DNA of 64,000 nucleotides from a virus (IMGVR_UViG_3300037067_007156:429519-493518), one strand, 5' to 3'; positions 1 to 11,730 are shown, counted from the stretch's first letter. Notes: generated by a model from the sequence alone, not told the origin. Numbers and translations: made by a program.

Positions 1-83
1 GGCATGACCACATTGTATACCAGCTTGTATACCAGTTAATTGATATATAGTAAAAAAATACATTCTTAATTCTAATTCTTCTA

Positions 84-524
84 TCATTGTTTAGATATTT
101 TTTTAAGTAAATTTTTGTTATCGTGCACATTTCCAATGTACTCGGCATGGCTTTCAAACCAAGATATAGTTTGTTCATCTGCTAATGGTTGAAGTGGATA
201 AGGCTGCTCACCAGTTAATGTTGATGGAAATTGTGGTAAACTCATAGCAAAACCACCTTTTACTTTGTAAATTCTATATATGAATCCTCTAACATCTTTG
301 AATATATCATTCTCATACGCTTCTTTTCCATCAACATAATATAAATTTGTAAATTCATCTACAATATTTGGAAATATTTCATAAACCATTTTTTCTTCTG
401 GAACGGAAATAGTGTGATATTCTATATTTAATGAAGTATCTTGAATAATCTTTTTTTCATAATATCCATAAACATATCCCTCATAATGTAGTGGTTTACC
501 TCTAAATTTCATATTAATATCCAA
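84..524 (-). CDS. YopX-family phage protein
   Basis: N-terminal MKFRGK...YVYGYY, central DGKEAYENDI and C-terminal EYIGNVHDNKNLL match the YopX pattern. Confidence 0.75.
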   Translation of the reverse strand: MDINMKFRGKPLHYEGYVYGYYEKKIIQDTSLNIEYHTISVPEEKMVYEIFPNIVDEFTNLYYVDGKEAYENDIFKDVRGFIYRIYKVKGGFAMSLPQFPSTLTGEQPYPLQPLADEQTISWFESHAEYIGNVHDNKNLLKKISKQ

Positions 525-801
525 ATTTTAAATATTATATATGAAATGAAATAAATTGTTTGAAATTAATTGAAGATATTTATCAGTTTTCAAATTATAT
601 TTTTCTAATTTTTTTCATATGAAATGTAAAACGTGTGACCATTATGACATTTATATGGTGCAATATAGCTATCATAAATCGCAATACTATCATTTATATC
701 TTGCATAGCTGAAACAACTTCACCATTCGGTGTTACATCTTGTATTCTTGACACTTGACTACAAATTGGACAGATACAAATTATTGGTAATTCTTCTCTT
801 T

Positions 802-1494
802 TTAACATTGTTTTTTCTTATTAAATTCTCTAAACCAATATTCTTTTACACCATCAGATATAGCAAAATCTGAACAAGCAGATATAACATCTTCAATAGT
901 TAAATTAGGTGTACCTAAAATATCATTAATTTCAAAACAATAGTCCCTTGCTATTTCTTCAATAGGACGTGTGTTAATAACCATTGAATTTTTTTGTTCG
1001 TCATCTGGTAAACAACAACTTATTTCATTATTCTGGTTAAACATTATATTCCAATCTTGAATATTATTCATATTAATTGGGTTATATTGTTGACAGTAAT
1101 TTACACATACTTCAACTGTTTTATTTTCAAGCCATCTTTTGATAAATGCTATCGATATTGATGGTAAATTTTCGAATTTAGGGTATATTGCTATTATTTT
1201 TTGGATATTATTTTTTGGATATCTAAATGACTTATTATTAACAAAAAAATTATCATCATCAACACCTTGTATTTTTTCTATTAATCCATTATATAAAATA
1301 TAATCATCTAAGAATACGTCATCAGTTTCGGTTAAAATTATTAATTGTCTTGGCTTATGTCGAAAATTATTATGGATATCATATGTTTCAAAACCATAAT
1401 TTGTTGATAAATCCAACTCGTTTTGGTCATTATAGCCCAATGATGATACATCACAGGGTAATATAACAATAGGATGAATTCTTGTAATGAACAT
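802..1494 (-). CDS. hypothetical phage protein
   Basis: 230-aa ORF in a tightly packed minus-strand run (605-808, 802-1494, 1496-1828). Confidence 0.6.
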   Translation of the reverse strand: MFITRIHPIVILPCDVSSLGYNDQNELDLSTNYGFETYDIHNNFRHKPRQLIILTETDDVFLDDYILYNGLIEKIQGVDDDNFFVNNKSFRYPKNNIQKIIAIYPKFENLPSISIAFIKRWLENKTVEVCVNYCQQYNPINMNNIQDWNIMFNQNNEISCCLPDDEQKNSMVINTRPIEEIARDYCFEINDILGTPNLTIEDVISACSDFAISDGVKEYWFREFNKKKQC

Positions 1495-1843
1495 ATTATA
1501 GTGTGTTTAAAACAGATTTACCTTTAAGTAAAGTCAATCTTTTTTTATTTAGTTTCCCTATTTTAATATCAAGGTCGTATTCTTTTGATAATACCATATT
1601 TATAGCATCTTCTTTTGAAATAACATTAAGAAACGAGCTTGTCATTCCACTATGCTCACAAATATCTTCATAGTTTTCTCCACCACTAATCAAATATTTT
1701 AAATCGAACATAAGTTCATTTTCAGCACCCCTATTCGCTTTTCTAACATTAATTATTAATGCAATACCATTTACACCTCTTTCATTGTGTAAAACCAATT
1801 GGTTCTCTATAATATCTTCATGTTTCATTTTTAATGTGTTTTA

Positions 1844-2011
1844 TTATTCAGTTAAACGATTCAACATCGTATCCCATTCATTTCCAGTATCAGGGTCTTT
1901 TACTTTACAAAATATTTTACCATAAATGCAAACTAATACAACTTCACCAGAATTTTGAAATCCTTTATCAATAATATAAGTATTTCCAACGACGAGGTTA
2001 TTTTTATTCAT
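1844..2011 (-). CDS. small hypothetical protein, 55 aa, not in ORF track
   Basis: Manual translation MNKNNLVVGNTYIIDKGFQNSGEVVLVCIYGKIFCKVKDPDTGNEWDTMLNRLTE; fills the gap ahead of the minus-strand run. Confidence 0.55.
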   Translation of the reverse strand: MNKNNLVVGNTYIIDKGFQNSGEVVLVCIYGKIFCKVKDPDTGNEWDTMLNRLTE

Positions 2012-2084
2012 TATAAAAATATATTATAATTTTCAAATGTATAAATAAAAATTTAATATATAATAAAAAATAATAAATATTTAT

Positions 2085-2456
2085 ATGAAAATTTATAGTT
2101 TTGAACAGTATAATGAATCAAAAAAATTAAAATATGACTCAGAAGAATTAACTTCAGATGGAACTGAATTAGCGACTGACTATTTAAAAGATGTAATCCT
2201 AAAAGCTATTGAAAACAAAACCTTGGCTATAAAAGAAGGTGAAAGAAAATGGAAAGGTGTGATTTTAAGCACAATTAATTTAGTATGGGCAAGAAATAAT
2301 ATCGATGGATATGAGATGAATATATATCTTGAAGATGATAGAGGAGTTAAGCATCAAATTGGTCATATTGTAAATGATAAAATTGATAAAGAATATACTA
2401 TGGATAACTTTAATTTTGATAAGTATATGTTAAACAAAAAATATTTTGGAAAATAA
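2085..2456 (+). CDS. hypothetical protein with MKxxxFExY N-terminal motif (possible virion-internal protein)
   Basis: Starts MKIYSFEQYNES; TAATATATA at 2054-2062 upstream. Confidence 0.55.
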   Translation: MKIYSFEQYNESKKLKYDSEELTSDGTELATDYLKDVILKAIENKTLAIKEGERKWKGVILSTINLVWARNNIDGYEMNIYLEDDRGVKHQIGHIVNDKIDKEYTMDNFNFDKYMLNKKYFGK

Positions 2457-2526
2457 TTTCAAATAAAGAATTTTAAATATTTTAATAATCTAAATTTTAT
2501 TATTTTTGTGATGTTAAAAAAATAAA

Positions 2527-2886
2527 ATGACTAACAAAATATATAAAAACCAACCATTAGATGAACAAGAATTAATGGAAATGGCTAATGTCACAGAGAA
2601 AGTGACAGGGATAAAAAATATAGTTTTATGGTTAGGGTCAAATCCAGCAGGTTCTTGGAAACGAATTAAAGTTAGTAATATTTCAAATAAATTTGATGGT
2701 AAAAACTGTTTTACTTTAACTATACCAGAGTTTAAAATTATAGGTGAAGTAAATACTAAATTAATTGATAATAAAAAAATAGAACAAATAAAACATTTCG
2801 TTATATTAAATATGCAATTGATTTTAGATTATTCAGATTATAAAATTGAAACATACGATTTCATCACACAATTAAAAAAGGTTTAA
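2527..2886 (+). CDS. conserved-looking hypothetical protein (EMAN...TG motif)
   Basis: 119-aa ORF with TATTTTTG promoter-like motif at 2501-2508. Confidence 0.55.
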   Translation: MTNKIYKNQPLDEQELMEMANVTEKVTGIKNIVLWLGSNPAGSWKRIKVSNISNKFDGKNCFTLTIPEFKIIGEVNTKLIDNKKIEQIKHFVILNMQLILDYSDYKIETYDFITQLKKV

Positions 2887-3692
2887 TTTTTTTCTTTTAA
2901 TTGTAAAATATTTTGGTTCATCATTAATGCTTCGACATTATCCTCTGTTATATTTCCAAGAAAACTATCCAATTCGGTATTAATCAAATTGAATTTATCT
3001 TCAATGGCTTTAAAAAACAGTTCTCGTTCTTCCGTCCATCTAATAATATGCCACTGAGTTTCAAATTCATGAACTTTGCCTTGGTCATGTAATGGATGCC
3101 AGTCAAAAGACTCATTATCTGGCAAATCTGATGTATCCCATTTTGATAATGAACCACTTTTATATGCTTTGTTGGTCATATATACAGTGACAGACGTTTC
3201 GGTTTTTTTATCATCAACAATCAACATATGTTTTTTAACTTCTTTTTTAAACGCAATGAACCATTGAAAATAGGATGAGTTACTTTTTCCCATATAACCA
3301 CCGTGTACATCTTCACGTTCTTTTTTATAAAAATGTTTAAATCGTACACAAATCATTTTAATCCCATCGGTTTCTTTTAATTCTTTGGTGTTTAAAGCAT
3401 CCATTGATAATTTCGAAAGTTGTTCCCGTAAATCATGAAGTGATAATGATTTGATTTTATTTGTAAATGGTTTTTTAGTAATATAACCTGCTACATCTTT
3501 TTTATCACTAAAATCAGTGATATATTTATCCTGTGTATTTTTAACGGCATCAAAAATATGTTTAGGTATAATAACACGATAATATGAATCTTTAGTATTT
3601 TCATCAATATCATCTTGAGTGACATTTAGTATAAAACATTCCCAGTCATTCAAATCTTTATTTGCCAAAAGTGTTCTTATTTTATGTACCAT
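2883..3692 (-). CDS. hypothetical protein
   Basis: 269-aa ORF coupled to 3696-4271. Confidence 0.6.
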   Translation of the reverse strand: MVHKIRTLLANKDLNDWECFILNVTQDDIDENTKDSYYRVIIPKHIFDAVKNTQDKYITDFSDKKDVAGYITKKPFTNKIKSLSLHDLREQLSKLSMDALNTKELKETDGIKMICVRFKHFYKKEREDVHGGYMGKSNSSYFQWFIAFKKEVKKHMLIVDDKKTETSVTVYMTNKAYKSGSLSKWDTSDLPDNESFDWHPLHDQGKVHEFETQWHIIRWTEERELFFKAIEDKFNLINTELDSFLGNITEDNVEALMMNQNILQLKEKN

Positions 3693-3695
3693 AAT

Positions 3696-4271
3696 TTATT
3701 CAAGAATAAATTCTCGTGAATCATTAACAATAATATCATTTATTGTTTGATTTAATAAATTTAAATCAAAATCATTTTTATAAATGATATATAAAACAGA
3801 AATATTTTCTTTTAGTTTATTATTTTCGATATTTTTAGAATGTACTTTACTCTTTTTTTCATAAATGAAATTTGGTTTCATTTTTATACACTCGTTACAA
3901 AACAAATTATAAAGAAAACGTTTTCCTTTAGAGTTTCCGGTTGATGAAATAACCATCGCATTTATATCTACAATTTCAAAAAATTCAAAATATGCTTTTT
4001 TGATTGTAGACATCACAATCATAGTATTAGTCGCTTTATTTTCACCAATCATATCGGGCGACCAATCTTTATTTTCATCTTCTATAAAAAATTTACCAGA
4101 ATATATCGAATTACCATTATTAAAAATTCGAATCATATATTTATGTTTATCTACATTGAAATACCCCAACCATTTCTTTTCACCTTTTTCTTTCCATTCT
4201 ATATTTTTGGGCGAATTCATAGATTCGAACAGTGAATCTAAATATTTATCAAAATTTAAAATATTAGTCAT
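3696..4271 (-). CDS. hypothetical protein
   Basis: 191-aa ORF; N-terminus ILNFDKYLDSLFES resembles the shared N-terminal motif. Confidence 0.6.
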   Translation of the reverse strand: MTNILNFDKYLDSLFESMNSPKNIEWKEKGEKKWLGYFNVDKHKYMIRIFNNGNSIYSGKFFIEDENKDWSPDMIGENKATNTMIVMSTIKKAYFEFFEIVDINAMVISSTGNSKGKRFLYNLFCNECIKMKPNFIYEKKSKVHSKNIENNKLKENISVLYIIYKNDFDLNLLNQTINDIIVNDSREFILE

Positions 4272-4366
4272 GGAATAAAATATTTATCAACAAATATATT
4301 AAAAAATAAATAAAAAAGTGACATTGTTTCCAATATCACCTTCTTAAAAACCATAACAATCAAACA

Positions 4367-5437
4367 TCAATCTTGCATTACAATCTCAGAAGCACTGTTA
4401 ACAACAATAACACCAGCAGCTTTCATCTTATCGATAGACTCTTGAATATCACCAAGACCACGACATGCACCAAGGTTTAATATTACTTGGAAACCAGCAG
4501 CTACCAAATCCATAACTGTTTCAAAAACACAATAATTAGTTGCAAGTCCTCCAACAATAACATCGGAAATATCATGGTGGAACAACCATTCAATAACACC
4601 TGTTGACATTTTCTTTTGTAAATCGTGATAACATGCTGAATATGGGTGTAAATCTGGTTCAATACCTTTGAATATGAAATAATCATACTCTTTTACTGCG
4701 GGTAAACCATCAAGTAATTCTGAACCATATTCACCACTTGGGCAATGAAGATTCCATCGAACATCAACATTTTCACCTTTAATCGGTGTTAACTGGGGGT
4801 TTTCGGGTGTAGCAATCCAAATTGCATTTTTTGGATGAACGTCTTTTGAACCAACTCTTAATTTTACAAGTTTAGCTTGTGCATTTAGTTCATCAACGAT
4901 ATTTTCGCCATCAGGTACAGGTAATTCAGTTGGACATAAATTTGTAAAACCTTTTTCAGCATCTACATCAAAAGATGCAGTAAATTTACGGAAAAAAACA
5001 TGGTCTTCGTTCATTTTTTGCTTGTTTATTTTAGTGAATATTTCAAGCATATTTGGGTTTTTATTTAATATTTCTTTAACTTTAAAAGATGGTTCATGCT
5101 GGTTATCTTTGATGATATTTAATGTTCCAATATTTTTTTGGAACGAACCAATAATTTCAGTAATTTCAAGTATTTTAATACTATTATAAAAAGTCAGTAT
5201 TGAACAATATACATTAGTATCAATATTACTCATTCTGTGACTTTTTACATATAAAAGTGTTTCACCAGTTATATTTAGAGTATTATTTACTTCTGGTAAT
5301 ACCCCGATATATCGAAAATAAGCTGTGAATATTTTGGCAGCATCACCACCTCTTAGGTTTTTTACCAAAAAAAGGTAAAACTCTAATAAATTGGATAATT
5401 GATTTATTGTCATCATATAATGTATATTTTTGTACAA
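4367..5437 (-). CDS. pncA: nicotinamidase (isochorismatase fold), in frame with an upstream ~140-aa phage-family domain; PncA part probably starts at ATG 5014
   Basis: DVDAEKGF, SKDVH, WNLHC, FKG, VGGLATNYCV motifs of nicotinamidases. Confidence 0.88.
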   Translation of the reverse strand: MYKNIHYMMTINQLSNLLEFYLFLVKNLRGGDAAKIFTAYFRYIGVLPEVNNTLNITGETLLYVKSHRMSNIDTNVYCSILTFYNSIKILEITEIIGSFQKNIGTLNIIKDNQHEPSFKVKEILNKNPNMLEIFTKINKQKMNEDHVFFRKFTASFDVDAEKGFTNLCPTELPVPDGENIVDELNAQAKLVKLRVGSKDVHPKNAIWIATPENPQLTPIKGENVDVRWNLHCPSGEYGSELLDGLPAVKEYDYFIFKGIEPDLHPYSACYHDLQKKMSTGVIEWLFHHDISDVIVGGLATNYCVFETVMDLVAAGFQVILNLGACRGLGDIQESIDKMKAAGVIVVNSASEIVMQD

Positions 5438-5471
5438 TATTAATCAAAAATAATGAAACAATAAAATCCTA

Positions 5472-5891
5472 TCATATCAAAGTTAATAATTTGAAAATTC
5501 TTTCATTTTCATTAATGAAATTAACTATACTGTTCGTATAAGGTTGTTTAGTTATTTTAACAAGATTAATATCACCAATGTTTTCTTCAAAAGCTGGTCT
5601 TAACGTTTTAAGTATGTGAGTGTGTTTTACGTTTAATTGAACATCTGCTACGAAATTAATAGTACATTTTATTATTTCTTTTTCGATTCTATTCGTTAAT
5701 TCATAACGTATGATATAATTTATAAAACCTTCTTGATAATCTTCGTCCAGATTTTTAGATACTGTGGGAACACTACCAATATATTTAAAATAATAATCCA
5801 ATACGAACCAAGGTGCGTTGAATATAAAACCAAAATAATTAGTATTCAACATGTAAAATTGAAAAATATTTTTTAATTGGTTAATTTCCAT
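5472..5891 (-). CDS. hypothetical protein, paralog of 6588-7034 and of the N-terminal part of 4367-5437
   Basis: Shared QLxNxxxF, YFKYIG and FxxNIGDxxxxK segments. Confidence 0.6.
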   Translation of the reverse strand: MEINQLKNIFQFYMLNTNYFGFIFNAPWFVLDYYFKYIGSVPTVSKNLDEDYQEGFINYIIRYELTNRIEKEIIKCTINFVADVQLNVKHTHILKTLRPAFEENIGDINLVKITKQPYTNSIVNFINENERIFKLLTLI

Positions 5892-6587
5892 GTGTTAATT
5901 TAATTAAGCACGTTCTACATTATTATTATGAAAATATTCTTCAATTTGTTCTGAAAGTTGTTTTAATGCAGTCTTTAAAATTGATTTTTCATCTTCAGCA
6001 CACGCAGACAAATCAACTGGCGTATGTAAACCTTCCATTGTATATACACCTTCTTTAAGTTTACCGTATCTGTCAACATAAGGTACAAGTCCACAAAATC
6101 CAGCAATAGCTGTCATATTCGTATAATCTATATTTTTGGTTTCATAGCTTAATTTTTTGGATATTTAATAAAATTTTTATCAATTGAAAAATAACCACTT
6201 ATTTCATTAAAAAAACATACAGGGTCTCCATTACCTGACACAAACGCTTCAGCTCGTACTACGTGTTCTTCATATGGACAACTTTTTGTCGAAGTCTTCC
6301 TCAACACCACTTTATTACCAACTGGAAATAATGCGTTAAATTTCTCAACCATTTGTTGAGCATCATATCTTCTGGCCTTTTCTTTTGTATTCATAGTTAT
6401 AATATTAGTGTTACTTTATCTACTTCTGTGGCGTGTTCAAACAATTGCCTGTATTCTACTATTGTTAATTCACAAAGTTTCTTTTTATTAAATGTGTTAT
6501 ACATGAATTCCCAATTGTACCTTTCATTGAAATCGAGCAGGTAATAATAAGTTCTTGCTGACACTTCAGTACCATCGGATAATTTTT

Positions 6588-7034
6588 TCATATTATATTT
6601 AATATTTTTATTTGTCTTTCATTCGTAATTTTAGTTAAATAAGTTTCTTCAAACTTTCTTCTTATTACAACATGAACCACATTACACAAATTTATATCAT
6701 CTTTTATAATTTCTGGGTCACCAATATATTTCTTAAAATTTTCCAGTATAAAACCTGGGGAAGTATCCCAGACATATTTTTCATATGTTGTTTTGTAAAG
6801 AAAATATAATATATTAGTAAAACAATCTAAATCTATTTTATTCCATTTGGAATAATATGAACTTAAAAAATTTATAAAACCGTTTGATTTTTTGATTTTT
6901 TTCGTTAATCTCGCTGATATGAAAGTATCATATTTTTCAAGAATATAATCTGGTGAACATTTATTTATCGAGGTAGTGGTCGTCCCAAACAACATCGTGA
7001 AATATAATAAATTATATATCTGTCCCTTTTTCAT
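6588..7034 (-). CDS. hypothetical protein of the same local paralog family
   Basis: QIYNLLYF...FKKYIGDPEIIKD; TATCTTTG at 7040-7047 upstream. Confidence 0.6.
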   Translation of the reverse strand: MKKGQIYNLLYFTMLFGTTTTSINKCSPDYILEKYDTFISARLTKKIKKSNGFINFLSSYYSKWNKIDLDCFTNILYFLYKTTYEKYVWDTSPGFILENFKKYIGDPEIIKDDINLCNVVHVVIRRKFEETYLTKITNERQIKILNII

Positions 7035-7279
7035 AGAAACAAAGATATAATAAAAATATTAAAAAAATTAAATATATTGAATTTTTAGATAATCATTATA
7101 ATCAATAATAACCTCTACTAACCTTCCTAAAAATGTTTTATTCTCAAACTCTGCATAATCAGTCCAATATTCAAAATTAGGTTTTGTTAGGTTATCATTA
7201 TCTTTGAGAAATTTATTAAGATTTTCTAAATCGTCTTCCTGAATATATATTTTAAGTTTCATAACATTAAAAATATTTT

Positions 7280-7660
7280 TTAAATAATTTGGTGTAACAA
7301 AATACTTCCAAGAATTAAAAAAATAGAGTAAGAAGTCACTGATAATACACCAAACATATGTATCTGCTTATCCTTATATATTTTATTTCGAATTATCATT
7401 TCAAATAATAAAAGAATAAATAAAATTATAGAATGAATATAAAATGTTGTGAAACAACTCATTATACCAGTTATAGATAAAAGTAAAAATTTAAAATGAT
7501 ATAGAAATAAAAACAATCTATACTTTTTATCAGTTTCCTTTTTATCATCCCCTTTAATAAGACAAATAAAATATTCTTTGTTTTTAGATATGCACAACGA
7601 ATCTAAAAATATAGATAACATTGATATTATAATAACAGATAAAAACAATACAGTGAACAT
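7280..7660 (-). CDS. hypothetical membrane protein
   Basis: About four hydrophobic segments. Confidence 0.6.
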   Translation of the reverse strand: MFTVLFLSVIIISMLSIFLDSLCISKNKEYFICLIKGDDKKETDKKYRLFLFLYHFKFLLLSITGIMSCFTTFYIHSIILFILLLFEMIIRNKIYKDKQIHMFGVLSVTSYSIFLILGSILLHQII

Positions 7661-8240
7661 AGACTTTAGAATATTTTCTTCTTATAATAAGCCAGATACA
7701 TATCATGCTTAATTGTACCTGCCATTTTATAAAAATTTTTTATTTGTTTATCATATTTAAACCGATAAAAAAACAGTGGATATAGTATAATAAATAATAT
7801 CCACAACAAAGCAGCTCTAACAAACCAAGCTGGTGTAATAACAATTTTACCCACTCTATTTAATTCATCAAAATCAAAATATATGTATTTTTCATAGAAA
7901 AACAACATCACCTTCAGTATTGATAATTTATTAAACATTTTTATTTCTTATTTTCTTTGTTAAGTTCAAGTTTAAAATTTTCTCTCTCATGTTGATATGC
8001 TACTAATACATATATTCTATTAAAATTATTAAGTTTAGTATATTTTTCTTTAATTTTAAGAAGAAGCTCTTTATCTGGAGCTGGGGTAAAAATTTCAGAT
8101 AAATCTAATTCTTCGAATTCTTTTCCGTTCACTTCTGTTAGATAATCTAATGTATCAAAATATTTATCGACAATTAACTTCATTTATAATATTTTTTATT
8201 CTATATATTATAAATAATAGGTTCTGTTTCAATAAAAAAT

Positions 8241-8272
8241 AAAAAAGTGGTCAATTTCTTAACCACTTTTTT
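8241..8272. terminator. intrinsic terminator downstream of nadE
   Basis: AAAAAAGTGGT-loop-ACCACTTTTTT hairpin with A/T tails. Confidence 0.65.
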
Positions 8273-8296
8273 GTTCTAATATGTATTTGGAATGTA

Positions 8297-10045
8297 TTAA
8301 TATTCATATTTATTAATCAGTGTTTCTCTTGTACTGAAACCCCTTGTTCTGGGTGAAATATTAACAGGTGGCGCAGATTGTCCCGTTTTATACGGCGAAC
8401 GTTTCATTAATTTAAAAGTTAAATCTATTTCACTCTTAAAACCCAATTTAGTATAATTATAAACATGTTCTTGGTGAGGAAACGAATCCGTTGATAATAA
8501 TTTATTCTCAAATTCATACATTAAATCCTCTTTAGATTTTCTGAACCTTATCACTTCTGCACATAAACCAGATTGAACTTTATAATCGAACGGGTCAGCA
8601 TCTGAATCTGGTAATTCGGCAGACGGAATAAAAATACCATTTAATAATTCTTTTGGTATAACATCACCAAAACGTTTATTTAGATATTCACACAATGAAA
8701 ATATTTCCATTTTTGTTAAATCCCCAATAATAGCATGAACCCCAATGCTTCCGATATCATGAAAACTTACCCAACCCAAAACGCTCTCAGTTTGATTTCC
8801 AGTAGACACTATACCTGAACCAAACCGATGTGAAGCCATTAATCCTTGGACTGTTCTTAAAACTGCATGAGCTGACGCTAAACCAGCACCATCCAGGACT
8901 AAATCACTTTCTTTGAATGATTCTTGGTCAACTTCTATTAATTTATTAACAATATCTTCTATGGGATTAACCCACAGTTTAACACCTATTTTTTTAGCTG
9001 TATATTCAGCATAACTGATACTTTTTGTGTTTAATTTAGAAGGATTAGTGATAAATACAGTATTTTCTTCACCCATTGCATTAGCAACTAACACTGCTGT
9101 AACAGCACTATCGACACCACCAGATAAATGTACCTGCGCTTTAGATAAACCGCATAAACGAAAAAATTCTTTTTGTTCGAATAATAAAGCATCAGTTATT
9201 TCCTGATATTTTTCGTGTATTTTTGGTTTTATGGGTTCGTCTTTAAATGGGTGAACTTGTAAAGATTGTTCTTTAAAACGGTTTCCTTCTTTTATTAATC
9301 GCCCATCACTATTATATACCAATGAACCACCATCAAATATTACAATGTTTTTAACTATGTCACCCACACCAACCGAATTCACATAGATAATTGGAACATT
9401 TAAATTATCGGATATTGTTGATAATAAATTATAACGATAGTCTTGTTTTCCATAATAAAAATATGATTGATTTGGTACAATTAAAATATTTGCACCAAGG
9501 TCAACCATCTCTTGTGGTATATTTCTGCTATGGTCAGTATACCATACATCTTCACACACTGGAGTGCCTATTTTTAATCCATGAGCTGAACCAAGAGTTA
9601 CTTCAAATATTTTTGATTCGTTTCCAGCTATAAAATATTTTTTATCTTCATGATGGTCAGCATCAGCTAATAATTGTTTATCATAAACAAAAATCTTTTC
9701 AGCATGTATAATGGCAACTGAATTTTTTAATTTAGGATACCCATTTCTTTTTTTACCATGATAAGATACAAATCCAACAATTACAACTTGATTGGCTAAA
9801 CAATTCTTTTTAATTGTAACCAAACATTCTAACTGGTCTTTTAAAAATTTTGGTGTGTCCCAGAGCGAACCGCACATATACCCAGTTATAGTTGTTTCTG
9901 GAAATACTGAAATATCAATATCAGATTGTCTATCAACAAGAATAGCTTTTATAATTTTTGAAGTATTACCTCTTAAATCACCAGTAACTGTGTTGATTTG
10001 ATGCATGGAAACACTTAAATCCTTAAATCTTGTTTTATCTATCAT
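8297..10045 (-). CDS. nadE: glutamine-dependent NAD+ synthetase
   Basis: Nitrilase-like N-domain (VFPET, YDKQLL, VCEDVW) plus synthetase domain (LSGGVDSAV, STGNQTE, PSAEL). Confidence 0.93.
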   Translation of the reverse strand: MIDKTRFKDLSVSMHQINTVTGDLRGNTSKIIKAILVDRQSDIDISVFPETTITGYMCGSLWDTPKFLKDQLECLVTIKKNCLANQVVIVGFVSYHGKKRNGYPKLKNSVAIIHAEKIFVYDKQLLADADHHEDKKYFIAGNESKIFEVTLGSAHGLKIGTPVCEDVWYTDHSRNIPQEMVDLGANILIVPNQSYFYYGKQDYRYNLLSTISDNLNVPIIYVNSVGVGDIVKNIVIFDGGSLVYNSDGRLIKEGNRFKEQSLQVHPFKDEPIKPKIHEKYQEITDALLFEQKEFFRLCGLSKAQVHLSGGVDSAVTAVLVANAMGEENTVFITNPSKLNTKSISYAEYTAKKIGVKLWVNPIEDIVNKLIEVDQESFKESDLVLDGAGLASAHAVLRTVQGLMASHRFGSGIVSTGNQTESVLGWVSFHDIGSIGVHAIIGDLTKMEIFSLCEYLNKRFGDVIPKELLNGIFIPSAELPDSDADPFDYKVQSGLCAEVIRFRKSKEDLMYEFENKLLSTDSFPHQEHVYNYTKLGFKSEIDLTFKLMKRSPYKTGQSAPPVNISPRTRGFSTRETLINKYEY

Positions 10046-10087
10046 ATAAATTTTTATAAATCTTTTTCCGAGTATATATTCTAATTA

Positions 10088-10095
10088 CAAAAATA
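10088..10095 (-). promoter_or_regulatory. Bacteroidota-type sigma70 -7 element (TAnnTTTG), representative copy
   Basis: TATTTTTG upstream of nadE; also at 2501(+), 7040(-), 16022(-), 16602(-), 31972(-), 38154(+), 45300(-), 54643(+), 59354(+), each just upstream of a gene on the same strand. Confidence 0.6.
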
Positions 10096-10119
10096 TATTT
10101 TTTAATTAACTTAAAAAAA

Positions 10120-10596
10120 TTATGATAATATTTCTTCTATTTTTTGTTTACGAATGAAATTGCTTTCCAGTTTAAATTGTTCATAAATATTCAATGTATC
10201 AAATAATTCAATTTGGTTATCTGATATACTAATCTCGTTTATATCTTCATAATTTCCAGTGTACCATTTACTAAACTCAGTAATATGTTTTCCATTTATA
10301 TTATTATAATATTTATGATTAACACGAATATATTGACCATGAATTTCCTTTGTGGCTACACCACGTATATCTGTAAACGTGTCGATTACTTCAAATGCTG
10401 TTTTTAAAATTCCTGCTATAAATTGTTTTTCTGAAAAAATAGCCAAATAATGAGTGTTTGAATATAAAACACCATTTAACAAAAAACAATGTGTACCAAT
10501 ATTAAGTTCGATATTTGAATAATCTTTATGAGGGATTTTAATAGTATCGATAGTCTTTAAGTGAACAATTTTATTAACATCGTGAATCTTAATCAT
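10120..10596 (-). CDS. hypothetical protein, tandem paralog of 10589-11074
   Basis: Shared CFLLN...HY, GxLK..F, RVxHKY, GKxITExSKWY. Confidence 0.65.
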   Translation of the reverse strand: MIKIHDVNKIVHLKTIDTIKIPHKDYSNIELNIGTHCFLLNGVLYSNTHYLAIFSEKQFIAGILKTAFEVIDTFTDIRGVATKEIHGQYIRVNHKYYNNINGKHITEFSKWYTGNYEDINEISISDNQIELFDTLNIYEQFKLESNFIRKQKIEEILS

Positions 10597-11074
10597 CTGA
10601 AATAATTTCTTTTAATTTCATAATTCGAATATAACCCCGTTCCAATTCCAATGTTTCTTTATATTCATAACAGTGGTGTTCATGAATTAGAATTTCATTA
10701 ATTGTTGTTTCTATTATATGATTGATATTTAAAGTATTTTTATACCACTTACTATATTCAGTGATAAATTTACCATATTTATCGATATATTTATGACTGA
10801 CACGATAATTTTTATTTATATTCTTCCAACTGGTTTTAACTTTAACATCATCATATGTTTTTATTTTTTTAAAATGTGATTTTAAAAACCCTGAAGTTAT
10901 TTCATCTTCATTCACGTAACACAGTATATAATGTTGTTCAAGAAATAATTCATTATTTAACAGGAAACAGAATACATTTGATTTCAAACAAATCAATCCT
11001 ATATCGGTTTCTAAATAGATACCAGATATTACTTCATATTTAACAATATGTGTTACTGAACAAGCATTCATCAT
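10589..11074 (-). CDS. hypothetical protein, tandem paralog of 10120-10596
   Basis: Same motifs as its neighbour; overlapping stop/start. Confidence 0.65.
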   Translation of the reverse strand: MMNACSVTHIVKYEVISGIYLETDIGLICLKSNVFCFLLNNELFLEQHYILCYVNEDEITSGFLKSHFKKIKTYDDVKVKTSWKNINKNYRVSHKYIDKYGKFITEYSKWYKNTLNINHIIETTINEILIHEHHCYEYKETLELERGYIRIMKLKEIISDD

Positions 11075-11730
11075 TTCGATATTTATTAAATACGTTAGTA
11101 CAGAATTTTATTCATTTAAACCAAGTTTATCCATTTTATATTTTCGAAAAAGTGGGGTGTAAATACTATCGTTTAATATTTCATCTATATCATCACTATT
11201 AATTTTTTTAAGTTCTTTTAGAAAAAAATCAAAATTGTTCATTAACAAATTCTTATTTATTTCTTTATCATAACTATCCAACATGTGGTGAATATGGTCA
11301 AATAAGAAATGATGTGAATAATTATAAAAAGGTGATATATCAATGGTTGTATTTAATACCTGAGTACCATCATACGATTTCCGTTTACCCTGAACTTCCC
11401 TCACACTAATTTTTAAAATGTTTGGAAAGCAAATATCAAAAAGATTATTGTCATTATCTCTTACTATATCACTTATTTTTTGACCATATTTTACAAATGA
11501 TAACTTACCATTTAATAATCCTAAAGTGTGTGTTCTTATTTGATAATTATCTCTTAAAGATTCATTGTTTATACAAATAGATTTAACTAAATCAACTAAC
11601 AAATTATTTCTAAAAGGAATGTATAAATCTTTATCACCAATATAAAAAATTAAATATTTCTCGTTTAAATAATTTAAAAAAACGAGTTCATCATTATCGA
11701 CCAAATCTAATATCTCAACTTTTTTATTCA

